Source of the DNA: Octopus vulgaris
Taxonomy: Eukaryota
Length of the DNA stretch: 64,000 nucleotides
Assembly: GCA_951406725.2 (NCBI GenBank)
Contig: OX597828.1
Span: 55,552,001 to 55,616,000 of the forward strand
Reading direction: 5' to 3'
This document shows positions 13,601 to 26,909 of the stretch, one piece after another. The notes under the pieces are model-generated. The model saw only the letters and a list, made by a program, of their open reading frames with translations. It searched no databases and was not told where the DNA came from. Positions within the stretch are counted from its first letter, which is position 1. Every line of letters begins with the position of its first letter. Made by a program: the position numbers and the translations under genes.

Positions 13601-14140
13601 TAGAAGTTAAATTTTTGCTGCATTTAGATTTTAAAATCCAAATCTTTAAAGTAAATCATGATTCAACGGTTACAAATACAAGAGAGGCTACACTTCTGAT
13701 GACTACGGCTTGCATGTGTATGTAAATGTGTATATATGAAAGATGTTATGCAATGATGATGGCATCAGCGTTTGTTTGCTTCCAATTTAACGACTGATGT
13801 TGGTAGGATTTCAACTGGGTAGTGCTGTTGCTAAAGGTGGTGCCGTTTTCAATGTCGGATATAAAGTGAAGTTCTACATAGCCAAAAATGTTTCTTACAA
13901 TCCGGTTTGGATGACACTAAGAAAGTCTGTAAACAAAAGATGTTTCTCTTAGTTACAATAGCAAAAAAAAAAAAAAAATAATCAAGAAAGAAAGAATAAA
14001 TCATTAAAAAAATCATATTTTTGACGATCGCCTACGCTTGGAAGTCTGTTGTGAGGGTGTCATCCATCCGTCCGTCCGTCCGTCCATCCATCTGTCCGTC
14101 AGTCTGATCGTCTGTGTGTCTGTGTGTCTGTGTGTCTGTG

Positions 14141-14210
<70 letters not shown>

Positions 14211-14265
14211 ATCTATATATCTATCAATGTATCTGTCTATCTGTCTGTCTGTCTCTCACCCCCCC

Positions 14266-14296
<31 letters not shown>

Positions 14297-14819
14297 AAGG
14301 CAAGAGCGTATGAACGTGTATTCATGTGTGCGCGTCTGTGCGCTTGTGTGACTAAGAAGGATGAGTAAACATAGTGAAAAATTGAACGTAATGCTTCGAC
14401 TGGTTTTTGTCATTCTGTACACTGAGACATTACCATCAATCAATACCGTGTACCATTGAGAAATTATTGACGTCTTGCCAACTATTAATCACACATTACA
14501 TTGAAAACGTATTATATAATGATAGAACCATGTCATGTCATTCCATTTCATATATCATTCATTCATTCTTTCATTCATTCATTCTTTCATTTATTCTTTT
14601 ATTCTCTTATTCATTCATTCCTAAACTGATTAAATTACGTATTTCTTCATTTACTCATTTATTCGCTAGTTAGTTTGTATGTTCGTTGATAGATTTGCGA
14701 ACTCATTCGATTATTTATTGATTTAAATATTCGTTCATTTAAAAAATTTATTTATTTATTCATTATTTTAAAAAAATGTTTCATTCATTCGCGTGTTCGT
14801 TCAGTTTTAGATTCATTCA

Positions 14820-14943
14820 AGCACAGGCGTGATCGTGCGGTACAAAGTGTACTTCCCACCCACATAATTCCGTGTTCAGTCCCACTGCGGCGTAGTAGTT
14901 TGGGTGAGTGTCGCCTATCATAGCCTCGGACCAACCAACGACT
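14820..14943 (+). mobile_element. SINE head fragment (52811 family)
   Basis: gcacaggcgtg..ccacataattccgtgttcagtcccactgc..gcctcggaccaacc. Confidence 0.65.
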
Positions 14944-15211
14944 TGGCCTAGTGGTTAGAGCAGCGGACTCCCGGTCTCAGACCGGGCGTTGTCTGTGTTT
15001 ATGAGCGAAAAACCTAAGCTCCACGCGGGTCCAGCAGAAGGTAATGGCGAAACTTCTGCTGACTCTTTCGCCACAACTTTCTCTCTCTCTTTCCTCCTGC
15101 ATCTTGCAGCTCACTTGCGACGGACCGGCGTCCAGTCCAGGTGGGGCACCTATACGCCAAGAAAACCGGCCCTAAGAGCCAGGCGTGGCTCGAGAAGGAA
15201 CAAGTAACAAA

Positions 15212-15220
<9 letters not shown>
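14944..15220 (+). mobile_element. tRNA-derived SINE (head A) with V-domain-like segment
   Basis: tggcctagtggttag head; body as in 103-393; gcgacggaccggcgtccagtccagg segment; (AAC)n tail. Confidence 0.75.
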
Positions 15221-15293
<73 letters not shown>

Positions 15294-15334
15294 TTTAAAT
15301 GATGCCTATTAAATAAATACCAGGATAAAAAAAA

Positions 15335-15700
15335 CAAACGTGTTGGGGTCGATTCATTTGGCTAAAATTCTTCTACTTGATGCCCCAGCATGGACGTAGT
15401 CTAGTGACTGAAACAAGAGGATGATAAAAGATCCAATTATAATTCATTCGGTCGTGCAGGCGCTCATTTGCTAGTTTGCTGATTTATTTATTTACTTATT
15501 TATTTATATAGGCTCAGTTGTGGCTGTGTGGTAAGAAGTTTGCTTCCCAACCACATATTGCCAGGTGAAGTTCCATTGCTTTTCATCTTGGACAAATGAC
15601 TTCTAATATAACCCGGACCAACTAAAGAACTGTGAGTGGATTTGATAGGCGTAAACACAAAGAAGCAATTCGTGTATATGTGTGTGCATGTATGAGTATG
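15335..15700 (+). mobile_element. SINE tail and head fragments (52811 family)
   Basis: Tail ~15335-15430, head ~15510-15690. Confidence 0.55.
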
Positions 15701-15789
15701 TGTGTTATTTTATAAATAATGCAAGTTTCAGTTTGCCTGTTGCGTTATGTATTAGCTTCCACATGGTTTTTGGTGCAGAAATTCTCAAC

Positions 15790-15985
15790 GGTGGTATTTT
15801 AGAGTTATTAAAACTTTACATCTGGTTTAAAGCAGCATCTCTTCCGGTTTTACGTTCCTTGTACAAATGCGCAAAGGTCGATTTTGCCTTTCATTCTTTC
15901 GGGATCGACAAATAAGTACCACCCAAGCAATCGTCTAAGCTCCTCCCTGCAAATCTCAAACCTTTTGCTTATAGTAGAAAAGAAT
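15790..15985 (+). mobile_element. Degenerate Meta-like SINE
   Basis: aggtcgattttgcctttcattctttcgggatcgacaaataagtacc. Confidence 0.6.
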
Positions 15986-16393
15986 TTAGCTAAATACAAC
16001 GCCTTATCGAGTCTCACTGATATCATTTTCGTTTCATAGATAATATGATAATGGGTGTTTGCGTAGATATCCGTGTATTTTTATCTGGTGTTATTCTTTC
16101 AAGACGTAAGTGTTTCTTAAGCAGCTTTGTATCAACATTTTGTTTTGTCTGAAAATATTTAGATTTTCCTAGAGTTCTTGATACAGATGTATATTTGTTT
16201 ATGATAAACATATGTATATGTGTGTGTGCCTGTTAGTGTGTGTACGCACACATACTATAATTTCGTAAATATACACGTATATATTTATATATGCATATAT
16301 AATATATAGTATATATATATATGTGTATATATATGTGTGTGTGTCTATACATACATAAACATACACATACACATATATATATATATATGTTAT

Positions 16394-16431
<38 letters not shown>

Positions 16432-17559
16432 CACACTATAATATTGAAATATGCAAATATATACATACATATACAGGTGCATACATCGACATCTATAAAC
16501 ACGCGTACATACATTTGTAGTGACATATGTGCGCGCGACCGCTGTTAATTATGCTCAGCTAAGAGAGGTTCCCTGCTTCGACTGCCGGAAGCGATCGTGA
16601 GATGTTTTGATATAAGCTTGACAACAACAGCTGCTGTATCAGTCACGGTTGTATTTGTAGTTTGTGAACTTTAGGTTATATTCCGGCCTTCATAATAGAA
16701 TTAATTACGCCTTTTTAGATGAACGAAGAAAGCTACAAATGGCCCAGAGGTTTAACTTGCAAATGACTACCCCCCACCCCACACACTACACATATGATGC
16801 TATTTGTGTTTCATATTAGATACAGATACACCGTTGAACAGCATAATGTTATGGATTTTGCCTGAGAAAAAGTCTCTGCATAGACACGATGTGTGAAGAA
16901 CATAATATGTATTGGAGTGCGGCGAATAGCTTCGTAGCAGTGATATCTCGTACATTATAGACGGATTTGGTTCTGCTTGGGGCTTGTCAGTGTCGTGCAC
17001 TCGTTTGTCATGTGCTGAGGCGAAAGTCGTACGCCGACACATAGGAAGCAGTGAATAATACATTCACTGGTTTGAGGAAGAAAAATTCACTGAACGCAAT
17101 CGCGAGAGCATTTTATTAAAATTGCTATCCGTGTACCATACTAAATGTATATACAACATTAAAATATATTGTTTTTGGGTGAGTGGCATGCTGTGTTAAA
17201 ACGCGACTTCTGTGCTCATCGATTTCTTTTACTGTCCACACACACGCGCGCGCATACACACGCACGCGCGCAACATACTCAAACGCACATAGATATATAC
17301 ATACATATGTCGTGTTGTTAAAAGAACTTATTTTTGAAAATCTTCTCTCAGACAAAAACCACAGCTTCATACCTTCCAACGGTGTACGTAAATTTAGCAT
17401 GATGCAAATGTCGATTTTAATTTAATGCTGCTTCGGTTGCGTTCACAGAGTTATTACATATACATATTACTTACACACACACACACACACACACACTCTC
17501 TCTCTCTCTCTCTCTCCCTCAGACAGACACACAGACATACACACACATGTATATATATA

Positions 17560-18535
17560 TTAGGTCATCCAATACATAATGCAGTTTTTTTTTATACCTC
17601 TTTTAGTTTTCAAAATTAAGATAAACAGAGTTCTTTTTTAATCTAAAATATACTTTCCTTCATCTTCTACAATGTCCTTCAATCTATCTGGTAAACTTCC
17701 AAAATAAATTTGTCCGTGTCGAAAAATACTCTCCACTACTGTTCTGACCTCGTCTAGAGAATTCATATTTTTCCTGTCCAAATGATTTTGAAGACTGCAG
17801 AATAAATGATAATCAGATGGGGCAATGTCCGGCGAATATGGTTAGTGGGACATCGTTTAATATTCAAACTGCTCCAGCCTTCGGAATGCCATCCTCGCTG
17901 TATGTGGCCGAGCATTATCCTCATGGAAGAACACATTTCGTCTTGGAAGCAAAGATAGTCATTTTTCTTCAAGCGCTGATTTAAGACGCTTAAGCTGCTC
18001 GCAGTAGATCTCCTTTGTTATCGTTTGGTTTAGATTTAAAAGTTCAAAGTGGACTAAACCTTTCATATCCAACCAAACAGGTAACAGCACTTTACGTGAA
18101 TGAAGATCTTCTTTAGCCTGTGTTTGCCGGTCTTTCTCCTTTCCCTACCACTGCCTTCGGCGCGTGACGTATTTATAGAGAATCCATTTCTCGTCATCAG
18201 TAACTACTCGGTCCAACAAAAAATTCATTCGTGAGATGTGACAGCACAAAGAAGAGTACATATTCACTCTCTGCGGGAGATCAGACTCGGAAAGTTTGTG
18301 AGGAACCCATTGAGCCAATGTGTTGCCTTTTCCGATGGCAAGCAAGAATCGATGAATGGTTGAATGACCAAATCCAAGCTTCTCTGCTTCTTCCCCAACA
18401 GTTGCTATGGGATTTTGTTCCACCAGGTTTTGCTGGACGTCTTCGTCGAGCTCTACAGATCTTACAGAACGAGGCTTGTCTTCTATGCAGTAGGTTCTGA
18501 CTCGAAATTTCTGAAACCACCGTTGCGACATTTGT
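17560..18535 (-). mobile_element. Mariner transposon fossil (disrupted transposase and 3' terminus)
   Basis: rc encodes WVPHKL, VTDDEKW, HEDNARPH and PYSPDIAPSDYHL motifs with frameshifts; TA-flanked terminus ttaggtcatcc. Confidence 0.9.
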
Positions 18536-18614
18536 GTGAAATATTTTCCTATAGAAAAAATCTTGCCAAGTAATGTTAAATGTTCTTCTTATAATAACAA
18601 TGACACTTGCTGAA

Positions 18615-18821
18615 ACTAGACATTACTAGCAAATCTGAATGGAAGAGGGAAGCCAATTTTCATCGATTCCAGCACTAAGGTGGTTGTTTATTTTATTTAA
18701 CCACGAAGAGATGAAATGCCAAGTTGAATTCAGCGGCATTTGAACTCAGGATGGAAACAGCCGGAAGAAATACTGCTTTGCATTTTTCCAACGTACTAAA
18801 AATTCTATCTGCACACCGCCT

Positions 18822-18822
<1 letters not shown>
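18615..18822 (-). mobile_element. Degenerate Meta-like SINE
   Basis: gatgaaatgccaagttgaattcagcggcatttgaactcag..caccgcctt. Confidence 0.6.
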
Positions 18823-18861
<39 letters not shown>

Positions 18862-19551
18862 CTCTCTCTCTCTCTCTCTCTCCCTCTCTCTCCCTCTCTT
18901 TCTTTCTCTCTCTATCATATACACAGTTATATATAAGTTTTTGTGTGTGTATTGTTCTTCAAATGTAAACCCTGACCAAACATAGAAAGCTACTAAACGA
19001 AACTAGTATAAACTACAGAAACAAATAGCGAATATTGATTTCTGCTGCGGGTTTTTTTAAATTCCACGCTGAAGTAGAGATGTATTACTCTTAAAAACAG
19101 ACCGTCAGCAAAATATTCGTAATATCTGCTTTCTGGAGTGCGCATTGTTTGTTGTAATAACAAACAGAGGCAGAGAAGTAAGTGGTCTGAAGCATGTAAA
19201 GTTGTTAGGTTCTCATAGCTACATGGTTTCAAATTGGTATACGTTTACCTATACATATGATATACATACAAAAATACAAGAGATCAATACTGCATACCGC
19301 AATCAATTACAGACACACACACACACTCACACATACACACACACACACACATGCGCGAATGCACATACAACTACTACACCAAGGACAACATTAATAGCTA
19401 TAATAAAAGAAAAAACAATGTTAGAGCTTATAAAGAGATTAATGAATGGTTTTTAGATGCAAAAGCATGACTGGCGATGCCAACGTAAGAAAAACAAGAA
19501 GCATACTGACAGCTGATTATATATGTATATATATATATATACATACATACA

Positions 19552-20050
<499 letters not shown>

Positions 20051-20051
20051 A

Positions 20052-20492
<441 letters not shown>

Positions 20493-20839
20493 TATTGATA
20501 ATTGAGATAGATAGATAGGTAGACAAATGTAGATTTATGCAAAAACAAATAGGATAGTAAACTTAATTATTAGAGAAAAGTGGTCGATTTTCCTAAGTAG
20601 AACAGGGCTGGAAGATGCAAGTGGTACAAGGTAGGATTCTATGGAGCTGGTAGATTTAGTTAGTCACTGATCACTCGATCAAAAGAGCAAGCGTACACAC
20701 GCACATACAAACTGACATACGGTATGTGTATGTGTATGTGTGTATGTGTGGGGGTGTGTGCATGTGTGTATGTATGTGTGCGTGTGTATCTGTATTGTGT
20801 ATGACATATTTATAACATATTTATACAGCCAACAATGTT

Positions 20840-21243
20840 GCGGTACATGGAGATATTAAGCATATCGGTTACATTCCCCCTAAAACTCTTAAGATACGTT
20901 CTATAGCACATTATAGTGCTGCCCTGGTCAAGAAGGTGGCTGCTGGAAGAACCTATGTCTGGCAGCAGGACTCTGTGCTGCCATTACACATAGGCTGGAG
21001 AGGAACAGAAGGCAAAAAAGGCAAGGATTATGGCAGTATTCACCAACTTAAACAAGGAGACCATCCCAAAAATTTGCAGGAGATTCCGAAGTCAACTGGA
21101 GGCCGTGGTTGAAGCCAATGGCGATTTTATTGAATAGATTTATTCGTTACTATTTCAAGATATTTTTTATGTGATATTTTTAAATATACGAGATGTCAGT
21201 GTTATTTTCATTTTTGCGTAATTTAGACACATTATTCACCTGG

Positions 21244-21245
<2 letters not shown>
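20840..21245 (+). mobile_element. Tc1/mariner superfamily 3' fragment, internally deleted
   Basis: YVWQQDS motif and C-terminal CRRFRSQLEAVVEANGDFIE*; ends at a (TA)n tract. Confidence 0.7.
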
Positions 21246-21317
<72 letters not shown>

Positions 21318-21319
<2 letters not shown>

Positions 21320-21602
21320 ATGTGGTTTGATTAATAAGTATCCGACTGTTGCCATAGAAACGAAGCTAAAGCACGTAGAGTGAAGCCACTTGGTACAGAT
21401 TGACCATGAACGCTGCCGTGCATGCGCATTAAGATTTAACGAGTAGCTTACTTCCGCTGTTTACAGCAGTCCTTGAGAAAAGGTGTGTAGCATGTGATCG
21501 TCGCATGACAGAGAAAGCTTTCATTGCGATAACTGACTCAGACGACTACGCAAAGTTGTAGAAAGTGTATGGAGAGGAGTGTATGAGCCACTCACAAGTT
21601 TC
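21318..21602 (+). mobile_element. Mariner-like 5' fragment
   Basis: TIR-like gtggtttgattaataagtatccgact after TA; KVYGEECMS helix-turn-helix remnant. Confidence 0.6.
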
Positions 21603-21879
21603 TCTCTAGTAATGACTTCACTGTATTTTGCCAAAAGTAATTCTTTTCTCCCTATCAATTGCACTTCATATTCGAGGCTCCGATGAAACTAAGGGATGTT
21701 ATTCAGGCGCTCGGTTACGTATCGATTGCTTCCCAAAACAGAAACAGCTGTCAGCTAATGATGTTCATAACATAACCAGTTTTTCCTATGTCATCTCCTT
21801 TTCTTATTGCTGCACTATACTCATCTATCATTTGTTCTGAAACATACGTTTATTGATTTCTACATTATATACTCACGTC

Positions 21880-22071
21880 CACCTATCCATCCATCCATCC
21901 ATCCATCCATCCATCCATCCATCCATCCATCCATCCATCCATCCATCCATCCATCCATCCATACATCCATACATGTATACATACACACATACACACATAC
22001 ACACATACATACATACATACATACATACATACATACATACATACATACATACATGCATGCATTCATACATA
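21880..22071 (+). repeat. (CCAT)n(CATA)n microsatellite
   Basis: Direct inspection. Confidence 0.95.
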
Positions 22072-23435
22072 CCTTTTTAAGAATATTACAGCTGAAAAAA
22101 TAAAATTTGGATCTAAGAAATCTCTGCATTCAATGAAACAGCGGCCCAAAATGTGCTTGCAGTGCCTGTACTCATACCAACATTTGGGCTGCTTGATAGG
22201 ATGATTAATGAAATCCGAGCCAATGATGTGAAAACCCTAAAAATACTAACAAGCATACATAATTTCCACATAAACAGTGACGTAGATCGTCCCTGCCTTA
22301 AACGAAAACAAAGAAGAGACTTAGCGTCGATCCAAAATGTCTTTGAGTGTCGCATCATATCCCTTCGGCAACATCTTTTAACTACTCAGTGTCGAAGTGC
22401 ATCCCTTGACCAAGTTGCATGAGGCTGATAACATCATAAGTCTTGGAAGGCAGCTCCTTGAGCAACACTCTTTGTCTGATAACCTAGAATACATGCCCAA
22501 AGAAGTCGCTCGACTCTACAACAACGTATCATCAGATGAAAGGATGAGCCTATATGAGCAGAAGACTATGCATGGATATATTACTAGAAGGCTTCGTGAT
22601 GATAGTAACATCGATCATCAAAGCAGTTTATCATGGACCAATAGCCGGATTACTGTTTCCCACTTTGAAGAGTATGCGTTTGCAATCCAGGAACAAGAAA
22701 TATCAGCCAAGTACCTGATGAACACAATGGTTAGAGATGCAGGTAAAGCCGTAAAGTGTGACAACCGATGCCGACATTGTGGAGCTCACACTGAAGATAT
22801 CACCCACATCATAAGCAGTTGTCCGAAGATGTCATCACGGTATTATCTACCGATGAGACATGACGTTGTAGCAAGGACACTCTATAATGGAATCCGTCGG
22901 AAGGATAATCCCGAGGACAGAGAAATAAGAACCCACAATATGGTAAAAGCCAATGCCACTCATAATAAAAAGGATTACTGGTGGAATGTACGAGTGAAGG
23001 CCTCAATAAAATGTAAGCAAGTCAGACCTGATAGGATGATTTGAGACACAGAAGAGAAACTATGCAGAGTTGTGGAAGTTAACTGCCCAGCGGATGTTAA
23101 CATAAAACTGAAGATCCGTGAAAAAGAGAACACCTATGCTGAACTATTGAGAAATCCGTAGTTACTCTATCCAGATTACAAGTTCAGGTTTATACCTGCA
23201 ATTATTGAGCCCTGGGATATGTAACACACTGCCTGAATATTAATCTTGAGAAATTAGGCCTCTCAAACCAGAAACAGGAAAGCCAATCCGAAGTTTACAG
23301 ACTTCCAATCCATCACTGGAACTTTACAAATATGCATAACTTTCCAGAAGTTTATCATTTAAATATATATGAGCATGTTTAGATATGCAGCTCTATGCAT
23401 GAGAATACATACATAAAACATACAAACTTGCACCT
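22072..23435 (+). mobile_element. R4-clade-like LINE, 5'-truncated and degenerate, flanked by (CATA)n
   Basis: FAIQEQEI, CRHCGAHTEDITHIISSC, RHD, RPDRMI.D..VVEVNCP and KENTYAEL (RLE domain); short 3' UTR merging into (CATA)n. Confidence 0.85.
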
Positions 23436-23578
23436 ACATACATATATACATACATACATACATACATACATACATACATACATACATGCATGCATACATA
23501 CATATATACATACATACATATATATATATATATACATACATACATATATATATATATATACATACATACATACATGCA

Positions 23579-23612
<34 letters not shown>

Positions 23613-23693
23613 CATACATACATACATACATACATACATACATACATACATACATACATACATACATACATACATACATACATACATACATAC
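23436..23693 (+). repeat. (CATA)n microsatellite
   Basis: Direct inspection. Confidence 0.95.
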
Positions 23694-23800
23694 AAAAATA
23701 GTATGTCGTTGATGTTGAATTTCCAATGAAGGAGCTTTGGATCTAGGCAAGAAACCGGATCTTTATTGGCAAGAAATCTTGAAATAAACTGAATGTCATC
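23694..23800 (+). mobile_element. Short repeat (probable LINE 3' end) in (CATA)n
   Basis: Homologous to rc of 37465-37578; both copies have CATA-like flanks. Confidence 0.6.
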
Positions 23801-23817
23801 CATACATACATGAATGC

Positions 23818-23859
<42 letters not shown>

Positions 23860-24166
23860 CACCATGTAAACATTTACGTGTGCATATCCACGTAAGTACA
23901 GGCGCCCCTGCATCTGTATGTCTGACTGTACGCATATATAGGCTTCGCTATTGAATATGTGCAGGATTATAGTGATTTTCCATTGCCCTGGTATATGCGT
24001 GTGTGTGTGTATGTGTATATGTGTGTATGTGTGTGTAACTGAGAGCGAGAGAGAGAGTGAGTGAGAGAGGGTGTATGTGTGTAGGGAAGAGGTGTCTGTA
24101 GTTTCTATGGCAACAACACATTGTTTGTTAACTAATGGATACATATTGACTTCATATTTGTTTTTC

Positions 24167-24213
<47 letters not shown>

Positions 24214-24509
24214 GATTATGAACGGATCTTACCTGTCGGTCAGTAAGGTTGAAGTCACTTGACGGGAAACCCATTGCTAACTCGGCTGAGTAAAGAAGTA
24301 TAGAAAAAGAGAGACGAAGGAATGACAAGGAGAGAGAGAGAGAGAAAGAAGAGGAGAGAGGTGGAGGGAGGGGGTACTTCACGATGAATATACATCCTCA
24401 CCCTAAACAAACTTATCTTCTGCCATGCGGAGATATCATTATGGACATTTCTTCGTTATCATCTTCAGGATGGATGCAATAAGTACCATCCACTCATGGA
24501 CGCACCAAA

Positions 24510-24841
24510 CTCGTCGCCGTCATCATCATCATCATCGTCGTCGTCGTCCTCCTCCTTCTCCTCCTTCTCTGCCTCATCCTCTCCTCCTTCCTTTGTTCCT
24601 TCCCCTTCTTCCGTCCGCCTCTTATTCGTCGCCGTCACCATCATCATACTTATCCACCTCTCCATAGTTCTTATCCTCCTTCTCCATCTCCTCCACATCT
24701 TCCTCCTTCTCCACTACCACCACCACCATCTCCTCTACCTCCTCTTCCTCCTCCTCCACCCTTCCGCCCCTCCTCCCTTTCATCCTCCTCCTCCCTTTCA
24801 TCCTCCTCCTCCCCGTCATCTTCCACCGCCTCCTCTTCCAT

Positions 24842-24873
<32 letters not shown>
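24510..24873 (+). repeat. Pyrimidine-rich low-complexity (TCC/TCA/CTA) tract
   Basis: Direct inspection. Confidence 0.85.
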
Positions 24874-25250
24874 GCGATTTTACTATTATATACATATGTA
24901 TGAATATATGTGTACAGGCATTTATATATGTGTATATATGCATGTATGCTTGTGTGCGCTTCTGTATGTGCGTCTGCAAGCTAATAGATGCAAGATAAAA
25001 AGAAACTGGAAAAGCCCCGCTGCTGCGCGCGCACAAGGCTCAAACACACACACACATATACGCATTCCTACTCACGCACGCACACACACTACAACCATAG
25101 ATGCATTGAAAAATCTTTTAAACAAAGTGTTATTCAACTAAATTGCTAAAGTGCTGAACAACTAATGAAAAAATAATGGAGCTCCACCTTAATCAAATGT
25201 GACAGGAATATAAAAGAAACATACAGTATCCATCTACCTTTCTATCTCTC

Positions 25251-25325
<75 letters not shown>

Positions 25326-25358
25326 GTCTGTCTATCTATCCATCTATCTATCTGTCTG

Positions 25359-25432
<74 letters not shown>

Positions 25433-26695
25433 AGGCTCTTCGTAGACGATGGTGAACAGGTGTGGTCGCCGTTTGTGAGCACGCTTTCCGCAGCTCGTCC
25501 TCATGACCGAAGTGCAGTTGTGGATCAAAAAGAGGCCGAGGAAGGGCTAATGGCACCGCGAGTGTCGCGTTGTTCTCAAGCAACTCTGCCGTCCTGGGTC
25601 GACCTTGAGTGACTTCATCACAACCAAAGCATTCTATAGGGGATTGGTGGAGGGGAGGTACGACGACGAGCTCGGGGCGAACCTGGACGTCGACGAGGAG
25701 TACCTGACCCGCCTGTTCGGGACGACTTTCGGGCCAGGGCCCATGGACAACTTCCAGAGATCCCTGGACTGGCAGTGCTACCGAGAAGCGCTACCCGTTC
25801 GGAATAAGCTCTACAGACACGGCTCGAAAAACACGGGGCCGACCTGCCCGAGATGCGGTCAGAGCGACGAAACCGTTCTGCACGCAATCGTGCAATATCC
25901 AACAATTTCCGATCTGTGGGCTCATGTCGAACAACTGCTGTCACGTGTGGGACGAGTCGGTTTATCAGCTGAGTCTATCGTCAATATTGTCACGCTTCCT
26001 TCCTTCAAACGGGAAGGAAAGTTATTTTCATCATCCTTGTGGCTATGGCGAAAGAATGTATCTGGTGGACGCGTCTGAAAGGATTGGAGACAAACACTTT
26101 CCTCTCTGATCAATCTCTCATCAACTTCTTCAAGTACCACTTGAAAAGGAAAGTGAGAGTAGAGGCAAGTTTTGTCTAGCGAATGTTTTAAAAAAGATGG
26201 TTGAATGTAGCAAGGATGGCAAGTATGAATGACGAAGCCACCTTGAGCACAATCCTATGAACCCAGAAATTGAAAACAGAGGGTTACCCACTTGCAAACA
26301 AATGTGGTAACATATAACAATATTGACCAAGGTTACCGTGGTCTTTTTCGTAGGCTTTTCTTCCCACGGATGAACCTTACTTGCTTTCCCCTTTACACCA
26401 TACATCATAACACTGTGATACACGATCCCTATTGATCGTTTTTTTTACTCTTCCTCTTTTTTTCCTCTCTTTTTCTTCTTTTTTCATTTCTCTTTTCTTT
26501 TGTTCCTTTTCCTTTTTTTCTTTTTTTTTAATTTTATTTTTGTTCTTCTTTTTCCCTTTTACGATCCCTTTTGATCGAAAACCTACACCACCTATTTTTT
26601 CTTTTGTTTTTGTTTTTTTCATCCCCACCAAAAGAAAAGCTCTACCTTGTAACTTGTCCCATCTGTGTGCAGCCCTGTGTGGCCAATAAAGAAAC
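25433..26695 (+). mobile_element. Tx1/L1-like LINE copy 1, 5'-truncated and degenerate
   Basis: zf-RVT-like EALPV..CPRCGQSDETVLHAIVQYP; frameshifts; T-rich 3' UTR ending AATAAAGAAA; (TCTA)n on both sides. Confidence 0.88.
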
Positions 26696-26775
<80 letters not shown>

Positions 26776-26818
26776 CTATCTATCTGTCTGTCTATCTATC
26801 CATCTATCTATCTGTCTG

Positions 26819-26909
<91 letters not shown>

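Noticed and set aside
24425-24903. Pro/Ser/His-rich ORFs
   Set aside because: Low-complexity trinucleotide tract open in several frames, with no splice or domain support.
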